DNA from: Kudoa neothunni
Lineage: Eukaryota; Animalia; Cnidaria
DNA: 64,000 nucleotides
Direction of reading: 5' to 3'
Assembly (NCBI GenBank): GCA_964304625.1
Contig: OZ199839.1
Coordinates: 4,403,176 to 4,467,175 of the forward strand
Of this stretch, positions 56,014 through 64,000 are shown one piece after another; position 1 is the first letter of the stretch; every line of letters starts with the position of its first letter. The position numbers and the translations under genes are program-made. The notes under the pieces were generated by a model. It was not told the DNA's origin and did not search any database. It worked only from the letters and a program-made list of their open reading frames with translations.

Positions 56014-57434
56014 TGCTACGTTTCATAAGTGCGCTCACCCATCTGCAGAGTAACGCACGCGGCCTGACTGGGTCCAATAAACTAATAATAACAAGAGGTT
56101 TTTAGCGTGGCGGATAGGCCGCCAATAGTACGCAGTTATGGCTAATCCTTAACATCCTTCCAGGGCCAATTCGGTAATAACACCATTGCCAGCCTCGCCG
56201 ATCTTCTCAAAGTTGGTGTTCTATTTAGCGCTTTATCTTCAGGGGTTGTTGGCGTCTCCGTTGTGGCCCTTTTCGGATGGGAGCAGTTTCGCCTATAGGA
56301 TTTAACTTTGCGTTTGAAGGTGCATCTAATGAGGTTATCATGCTTCCAGGTGGGTTACGGTTAATTGTACTGTTGAAGTAGTCGTCAGGCTCAATTAGTA
56401 TGGATGATTTAACAAATCTCACTTGATTTTGGTGTCTAACGACTTTACCATCGTAACTAAAAACCAGTATCATGTTACCGATTCGTCCTATCAATTTTGC
56501 TCTAAGCCAACGAGGTCCACATTTGCTATAGTTTTCTATGTATACTGTTTTGAGATTCTCATCATTAGGAACTAAATTTTGGTTGTCGATTGGGTAATTG
56601 GATGGAGATAAGACGACATCGAGTTTCGTTCTCTGTGATCGGTCATGAAGGATTTCGGATGGCGACCTTCCGTTGACAAAGGGTATTGACCTGTAGGTGG
56701 CCAACAACTGTATTTCGGATTTTGCAATGTTTTTTCTATCAATTAATATTTTGTTGAGATTCGTTTTGAATGATCGGACGAAGCGTTCTGCTTCTCCGTT
56801 GGACTCAGGATGGAACGGTGCGATGAGGAAATGGTTTATGTTATTATCTTTGCAGAATTTGTTGAAGATAGCAGACATAAATGTTGTTCCATTATCGCCC
56901 ACAATTGCCTCAGGGATTCCCTCCCGTGCAAACACTGATTCCAATGCGTCGATAATTGTTTGGGAGTTAACGACTGTGTTCCGTATAACAATAGGGCATT
57001 TGCTGTACGCGTCTACCACTACCAACCAGCAAGTTCCATGGAATGGACTTGCGTAGTCTATGTGAATTCTAGACCAAAGTTTATTCGGGTTTGGCCAACT
57101 TTGAAATGTTTTCGGAGGATCGGAAGGATGTTCTTGGCAAATTTTACATTTCACGACGTAATCCGCGAAATCCTCGCTCATACCAGTCCAAAAACAATGC
57201 TTACTTGCCAGTTGTTTGATTTTTACAATGCCCCAATGGCCTTTATGCAACAGTTCCAATATTCTCGAACGAAGTGTCTCTGGAATTAGGACTCGTTTGA
57301 AATCCTTTTGCAGCACGATAACTCCATTTTCGACTGTCAAATAATTTTGCAATCGATGGTAGTTCTGCAACTCTTTTGCCTTCAGCGTAGTAACAACGAG
57401 AAAATCTTATCAGTCGAAGTGTGTTTTCGTACAA
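56014..57434 (-). mobile_element. Ty3/Gypsy retrotransposon 3' part: integrase, PPT and short 3' LTR; continues at 63106-63280
   Basis: HHCC (LHKGHWG...CKIC), RIHID, VVVDAYSK, GDNG..F, FHPESNGEAERFV. On the minus strand a purine tract GGAAGGA precedes TGTT at 56154, with the LTR ending ...TAGCA near 56014. Confidence 0.88.
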
Positions 57435-58132
57435 CAGTAAGTAACCAATTTCACGCACTGTTTAAAACCCTATTTAGTTACAATATTGATTGGTCATTAT
57501 TTATATATGTTTCTTATAATATTTCAATCACAATTTTTATATAAATTATTTTAGAAAGTTGCTAAATAACTTGACTAAAAAATCACGTGGTTGGCAAATT
57601 TCACGCATTTTTCGGGTACTTTTTGTTTATTATTTATTTAATTCAATATTTAATGCCAAAAAACTCCTAAACTATATCTATTGTTGAAGAGTGCAATATT
57701 ACTAATTATTATGAAAGTCTTCAATCTAATGATCCAAAAACCGCCACTTTATCACATTTCAAAATATCTATTATCTCGACTCCTAAGCGCATTCTAGAGA
57801 TGAAAAATAAAATAATCAAAACCTATAAATGTTTGTAGAATCTAAAAATAGAAATTATTTGCATGCAGGACAATTTAACTCTGTTGCTGAAGACGTATAT
57901 GAGTGGATTGGGTGGGCACGAAGCAGAAAGATTGTAGTAAGCGTCGTCACGATAATCATCCAGAGAAATCAATTAACCAAAGAAAAAGGTTTACTTTTAT
58001 GTGCCATTCGTGGTGGGTTTCGTTGTTTTAAACAAGTTTTAACATTTGAAAATCGAATTTTATTATCTAATCTGCTGATGCTACCGCGGAAACTACTTCA
58101 TAGTAGACCAATTAAGGTTTAATTCGGTTCCG

Positions 58133-58330
58133 TGTCACCCATGGAGCTCGAAGGTTGCATTTTAAGAATACGCACAGACCAAACACTCAAAATATCGATA
58201 GATAATAATTTCTAGTCGTAACGTAGTTATATAGTAGATAATGTACTTTAGAACATTCTACAATGTTCTAATAGTTTCGATAAGTCGATGTAATTGGGTC
58301 ATTAAATATAATGATCATCCAAACGTGACA
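58133..58330. mobile_element. Solo LTR (198 bp)
   Basis: TGTCAC...GTGACA termini with exact 5-bp TSD ttccg. Confidence 0.85.
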
Positions 58331-58417
58331 TTCCGTATTTCGGCTTTTTGTTATTTTTTTAAATCATTTAGAAGAAATATTTAATGATTTATAAAAAAAT
58401 ATAAATATAAACTATTC

Positions 58418-59535
58418 GGACCACATTTAATATACGCCTCCTTTAAGCCACATTCAAAATGGGGATTGGCGTGACATATGGAGCATTAAATTAATCACAT
58501 AGTGCGGCCTGCTTAATCCGCCATGATTCCTCCAATGAGTGCTCTAGAATATATATTTGAGAATGAAGAGGATTCTATCAAATATTTAATTGAAAATAAT
58601 GTTTTTCAGGCGCCAAATATATGTGCCCATTGCAATTATGATAATTTTACGCAACACAGGAAAAACTGGAGATGCTGCAGGAAGAAGTGTAGAAAAGAAA
58701 TTTCAGTTTTGGAAAAAACATTTTTTAAACACACCAAACTAAAAATTAATGAAATCCTCAAATTATCTTATTATTGGTTAGTTGGCGTGAAGACAGTTGA
58801 TTTGATGAAAATTGCTGGTCATTTGTCCCAAACAATCACAAATTACTCTCATTATTTTAGACAAATAGTTGGTGACAGTCTAGATTTCGAAGATATCATC
58901 ATTGGTGGGGGAAACATAATCGTCGAAATCGATGAATCAAAATTTGGAAAGCGTAAATACAACCGAGGTCATGACGTTAATGGAGCATGGGTGCTTGATG
59001 GTGTAGAAAGGACACCCGAAAGAAAATTGTTCCTTATTGAAGTTCCCGATAGAACGGCAGAAACATTAATAGAAATAATAAAAACTCACATAAAACCATA
59101 TTCAATTATAATAACCGATTGTTTCAAGAGTTATTCTACATTGCATAACTTCTATCAGCATTTAACAGTTAACGATCGCATTGAATATGTTGATAGTACT
59201 ACTGGAGCACGTACAAACACAATTGAAGGTACGTGGGGAGCTATAAAGTACAAAATTTCACCTAGAAATAGAACATCTTTAGTACAAGATGATGGCTCTG
59301 TTTCTATGGATGGAATTAACGAATTCCTGGCAGAATTTCAGTGGAGGAGAAAAAACTGTAATGATCTCTGGAATGGTTTCATCTGTGCACTTCAAATCGT
59401 GATGTATGACATCGTATTAGAATAACTATAGACTATTACTTACGTATCGTTATTATTAAATATAATCTTGTTTATTACAAGATAAATCTTTTTTCGAACG
59501 GGGCTTAAAGGGGGGGCGTATATCAAATTTCAGCC
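58418..59535 (+). mobile_element. Merlin (IS1016/IS1595-like) DNA transposon, 1118 bp
   Basis: ~40-bp imperfect TIRs (ATTT.ATATACGCC.CCTTTAAGCC); exact 8-bp TSD aactattc. Confidence 0.93.
58523..59425 (+). CDS. Merlin transposase, uninterrupted 300 aa
   Basis: Zn ribbon CAHC..RCCRKKC, VEIDESKFGKRKYNRG, IITDC..SY, TNTIEGTW, LAEFQWRR. Confidence 0.9.
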   Translation: MIPPMSALEYIFENEEDSIKYLIENNVFQAPNICAHCNYDNFTQHRKNWRCCRKKCRKEISVLEKTFFKHTKLKINEILKLSYYWLVGVKTVDLMKIAGHLSQTITNYSHYFRQIVGDSLDFEDIIIGGGNIIVEIDESKFGKRKYNRGHDVNGAWVLDGVERTPERKLFLIEVPDRTAETLIEIIKTHIKPYSIIITDCFKSYSTLHNFYQHLTVNDRIEYVDSTTGARTNTIEGTWGAIKYKISPRNRTSLVQDDGSVSMDGINEFLAEFQWRRKNCNDLWNGFICALQIVMYDIVLE

Positions 59536-59647
59536 AACTATTCATTCCTAAACATACTTTTCAAAAAAGGTTTTAAAATTATCTTACAGTTTAATTAATT
59601 TTGTATTATCTTTTTAAAAAATTTAATTCTCAAAATATGATAGATCC

Positions 59648-60937
59648 TGTTGGATATATATATTCTTTTATATTTGACTTATGCTCGATATTAATCGTTT
59701 TGTGTCGTGTCTTGCAAAAGTGTTTCTATGGCGCTAACCAGGATGAGTGCGAAACAGGATACAGCGGGAGACTCAATGAATGAGGGAGCCGAGACAACAG
59801 ATCCTTCCTTTTAAAAGTGGTTATAGCCTATTAATGTTAGAATTCTACGGCTAAAGCACGGTCCAGTTGAAAAATTCGCGCAACTTCGTATTATTTCGGC
59901 AAAAGACATTATTAAACAATCAAATAAACATGTTTTTAGTGTAAGTAAATCCTGTTTATTGTTTCAGTGTAAGAAGAAAAACGATTCTCTTAAAATTTCT
60001 TCTTAAATTGATACGAGGCGAGGTATGAACCAATCGATTCTGATGTTTTATTGGTTATGTATCTAAATTTCCTTTTAATAGCGCCCCAGATGGCCTCTAT
60101 CTTATTTGTATGGACATCGTCAGCTATTTTAAATTGTTTACTATGGTTCACTGACTCATGCTTATATCCCAGAGATTCAAGGCTGTTATATCCGCGCCAT
60201 TTGTCGGTCCAAATTATAGACCCGCGAGTTACATGAGAGGCAATAATATCCTCAAGAGTTGACTGACTGATTTCTAACTTCAGTCAAAACTTGAAATACG
60301 TTATTATTCTCGTCTACCCCGCCGACTATCCAGACATTTTGGTTAACGAGAACCCTCCCCCTGTGGTATTTTCGTTTGCATATATTGGATTCATCGATCT
60401 GTACAACAACATCGACTCCACCAATTCGCACTCTATAGAGATTGAAATACTCAATATATATTTCTCTAATATAATTCCTCCAATTGACGATAGCCTCCCT
60501 TGATCCAATTTTTAACTGTTTTAGCAATGTCTCGTATGACATTTGAATGTTGAAGACATCCAAACACATTAAAGAGAATATTTTCCATAACGACAACTTT
60601 GAACCTTCGAAAAATGTTCCTTTACGGATTGATATTCTTTTTTTACATGCATAGCATCTAAAATTATATCCATCGAGAACATTTTCCTTAACGAGCCCAA
60701 TTTCTGAATGGCACTTATCGCATACTCTCACTTTAGGAATTAATCCTATATTTTGTAAAAGTGCAATAAATTTTTCAATGTCATTTTTAAACAAAAATAG
60801 ATCTTCTAAAAGAATAGAATCAACGTTTGGGAGCGAGAAGTTCATTTCTGATTGCACGTCGCCGAAATAATACGAAGTCATGCGAACTTTTCCACTGAAC
60901 CGTACTTTAGCCGAATTCTACATAATGCATCATAACA
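59648..60937 (-). mobile_element. Probable solo LTR (~220 bp) interrupted by the second Merlin
   Basis: After removing the Merlin: TGTTATG...CCAACA on the minus strand with TATA-like TTTTAAAAGG. TSD not recognisable. Confidence 0.4.
59849..60912 (-). mobile_element. Merlin DNA transposon, 1064 bp; transposase frameshifted by a 4-bp duplication
   Basis: ~31-bp TIR GGCTAAAGYACGGTYCAGTKGAAAARTTCGC; exact 9-bp TSD gaattctac. CDKC..RCYAC, VQIDES..KRKYHRGR; after the shift IWTDKWRGY, VNHS, HTNKIEAIW. Confidence 0.93.
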
Positions 60938-63302
60938 AACATCATTAGAATCAAACGAAAATTAATTATTTCGGTTTTCATTAATAAACACGATAGTGTC
61001 GAGTTTTGAATCGCTCAATCTTGTTCTGAGCGGGGTTATGATGTGATTACACAAGGAAAAACATCTTTCGGAATCGATGCTCGTGGGTCTTATGTTAGAA
61101 AGGGATTTTCGAACTCTTTCTAAGCGATCCGTCATCACGCCATGACATGTAAAATTGAGGATTTCATCTGAGTCGGTAAGTTTTAAACGCTTGGGCTCGG
61201 AAACGTAATTTATCAAATCTTCTAAGTCCAAATTAGACTCTGGGGCTTCACTTTCAATTTGATTAACTGGCTCAAAATGTGACGGTCTTTTGTAGAAAAA
61301 GCTTTTGTCACAGATTTTTGAATCAAAACTTAGATTCAAAAAAATGTCCGGCCAAATTAATAACCGACTCAGACAATTTAAGAACAGCTCGATGTATAAT
61401 TTCAAGGGATGATGTTAGTTCCTTTATTGTAAATCGTTCATAAAAATATTACATAAGTAATTGCATTGATGAAAATTATTTCGTCCTTGTCTACTGATAA
61501 TTCCTTTTCCAGAATAGAATAAGTATGCTCTATTGCCTGGTACATTTGAACAAACTTTATCAACATTTGATATAAGCTGGACCAACGTGTGACACAATCA
61601 ATGTTTAGAGATAAATATTGTATTCCTTTTTCCTCATACGACTTCCTTAATGTGTCGGTAGCCAATCCAGATCTTAAAAAAATTGATAATTGACCTGACC
61701 CGAGAAACAACATAAAAAAAGTTGGGCATAAGAACAAACTCCTGCTCATCAAATTCTAATTCATCAGATTCCAGCTCTTCCGTTATCATTCCTGTATTTT
61801 CTATCTGAAAACTATAGGTTTCTTTGTACATTGTGTCTTTAACAGCTATAAGTTATGTTATTCTAGGATTGTCACTTGACAACACGATTACCCAAATTTA
61901 GGCCGTGAAGCATGCACTTTATCTGCTGAAACCCCAACTCATACGTACATTTTGCCATATTCGAAGCTCCATCAGTGCACATAAATAATGAATTGACTCC
62001 ATATTTGCAGAGTTGTTTATTTATTAATGAAGCCAATTCTACACCTGTGCATCTTTCTGTCACTCTTGTTACATCAAGAGAGATTTTTTCCCCCTTGAAA
62101 TAAGCTTGGATATTAAGGAAACGTTTCTTTGACCTTGATGTCCACTCGTCACAACAGAGTGCAGGTCTTGAGTTTTCCACAATGATTAATGAATTAAAAA
62201 TTGCGCCATAGGACACTGGAACTTCTGTTTCATGCGCCTTTTTGAGCAGTTTTCTTAAAGTTATACTGCTGGCAATTTTCCAAATTGGAATATTGTCGAC
62301 AGCAATCAGTCTCGCGACATCTGAGTCAAGATTTGACTCCCAGAGACCTTTGTTGACAAAATTGTTAATTATAGGTTGCGTTTGAACGATTCCAATTTTT
62401 ATTTAAAAATATTAATGATGTTGAGTAACTTTGATTTCGAATCAATCCCATGCGTCTTGGCATGTGAATGAAATGTGCTCGTTGAGCCTTTTTTGCAAAC
62501 AAGTACAGCATTGCACTTATTGCATTTTGCCTTCTCATCGGCTAGTTTAACAAAAAAATTCCAAATAGCGCTTACCATTTTGGACCAATTTTATCACCGT
62601 TAAAACACGTGCAATTCCACGAAAATCTTATACTCATTTAATACATTAAAAGGTTTTCTTTGTTTAGAATATGATAAACACTTAACAAAAATTTTAAAAT
62701 CGGTTTCGATTTTTACAAAAACTGAACCGAAACCGAAACCGACGGTTAAAAACCAAACCGATCTTAAACCTTAAGACCAATCAAATCAAAACATTTTTAA
62801 AAGATACTATGAAAATTTTATTTACAATGTAGACGAAACTGCCCTATTCTACTGATAGCAACAAGAAGAGTATCTCATAGATCGTTGAAAAATATTTTGT
62901 GCTGTTAATATGTTTCTCGAGTTTTAATTATCGTTTAAAAATTAATATATAGTTAAGTTGCCTTTATAAACGCAATTTAATCATTATTAAATGCCAATTT
63001 TTTCTGAAATAATGGCGTGCGCAAGTGCGTGAAATTGAACGTGATCGGTTTGACGCGCTTCGTTTCTTGGTCCTGAGGGGATTACGTGAAATTGGTTTCT
63101 TACTGTAACACGTTAAATCATCGACGGATATCTGCGTGCGCAACGGCACCGGCAAAGTTTCGCCATGCTGTTTATCAATAATCAAATACATTGTTTAATA
63201 AGAGGGGTAAAAGGTGATTGTTACGTTACAAAAAGTGAGAACGGATTGGACATACAATTCAAAATTATATATAATCAAAAATTGAACAAAAATAAACAAT
63301 GT

Positions 63303-64000
63303 ATAGTCGTGCCTCGATACTGCGTAATTTAACAAAAATTAGCATTATACATTTTAATTAGCAAAATTAAACAATTAAATCATATTCGATGTGCTTAATT
63401 GGATTATTATCAAAGGAAATTATTATTTTGAATAAGCGGATATATAACAAAATAGGAAAGACCTCGTGTCTCGCTATTGCGTAACTCATTTTCCACATTT
63501 TAATCCCTTTAATCCATTGGTTGCAGTATCGTAAACATGGTAAGGTATCAAAGAATTATAGAAGATAAATTAAAATAATTGATTACTATAATTCTCTTAA
63601 GTCTATAACTGGTGCCGAAGCTATGACTGTAAAACATTTCGGTTTACCAAGTGATTCTAACTTAAATATTTTTCGGTAATTTAAAATAGGCCATTCCACT
63701 CTAGATAGAATCTTGTCAAAACATGATGAAATTACAAATTCAAGTATTATAGTATCTAGAAAAAGATTTAAACCCGAAAAATATGAAGATCTTGAAAATA
63801 ACCTTTACAACTGGATAGTTTCAATGCGAGATTAAAATAAACTATTATCTGGGTTAATAATTATCGAAAAAGCTTCTATTGTTGCCAAAGATATTGGAAT
63901 CAACAATTTTAATGGAAATAGGGGATGATTTAATAATTTCAGGGAGCGATATGAGCTGAAAAGTTCTCAATTACACGGAGAAGCTGGAAGTGCCGACTTT
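63303..64000 (+). mobile_element. 5' part of another pogo/Tigger element (decayed, cut by window end)
   Basis: STLDRIL, RKRFKPEKYEDLENNLYNW, SGLIIIEKA, G*FNNFRERY..LHGEAGSAD; TIR-like AGTCGTGCCTCG with an internal repeat near 63462. Confidence 0.85.

Larger units (their letters stand above)
58113..62773 (-). mobile_element. hAT (Ac/ZBED-like) element with BED finger; frameshifted transposase ~62578-60962; carries nested elements
   Basis: TIR TAAGGTTTAA..CGGTT at both ends; exact 8-bp TSD agaccaat; AAACCG subterminal repeats. SAIWNFF..AKC..C, CDEWTS, TDGASNM, C..H.LNL, TRWSS, PTSIDSERCFS. Confidence 0.92.
57435..63105 (+). mobile_element. Decayed pogo/Tigger element inserted in the Gypsy pol, itself split by a hAT
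   Basis: TIR CAGTAAGTAACCAATTTCACG / CGTGAAATTGGTTTCTTACTG-TA. HTH remnant (VYEWIGWARSR..GGFRCFK) lies left of the hAT and IYNVDETALFY lies right of it. Confidence 0.85.

Noticed and set aside
59728-59815. Hammerhead-like GGATGAG-TGC-GAAAC, or PBS (TGGCG) plus gag start
   Set aside because: Lacks the CUGANGA core and stems; the short ORF stops after ~23 codons; better explained as the interior of an LTR.
58418-60912. Bacterial contamination or IS1595 insertion sequences
   Set aside because: Embedded with TSDs inside eukaryotic TEs on a contig with intron-containing genes; consistent with eukaryotic Merlin.

Overview
AT-rich eukaryotic (animal-like) genomic DNA, not prokaryotic. The genes carry tiny GT-AG introns (about 38-60 nt) and encode divergent proteins, which suggests a fast-evolving parasite such as a myxozoan cnidarian (inference only). 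Host genes: pyruvate kinase (-), a YRDC/Sua5 gene with about 5 frameshifts (+), a large arylsulfatase-B-like type I membrane protein that has lost its catalytic residues (+), AP-2 alpha-adaptin (-) and CHD1 (-). Much of the rest of the window is transposons with readable TIRs/TSDs: pogo/Tigger, hAT (Tip100-, Buster- and Ac-like), Mutator, piggyBac, Tc1/IS630, Merlin, Gypsy and solo LTRs, often nested up to 4-5 levels. Top observations: (1) a membrane-anchored pseudo-sulfatase that keeps the basic sulfate-binding residues but lacks the formylglycine Cys, the metal ligands and the catalytic histidines; (2) an apparently intact, intron-containing piggyBac; (3) host-type micro-introns inside several DNA transposases; (4) a Gypsy>Tigger>hAT>(solo LTR, 2x Merlin) nest. 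Exon coordinates were read by eye and may be off by a few bases. Some frameshifts may be long-read assembly errors.
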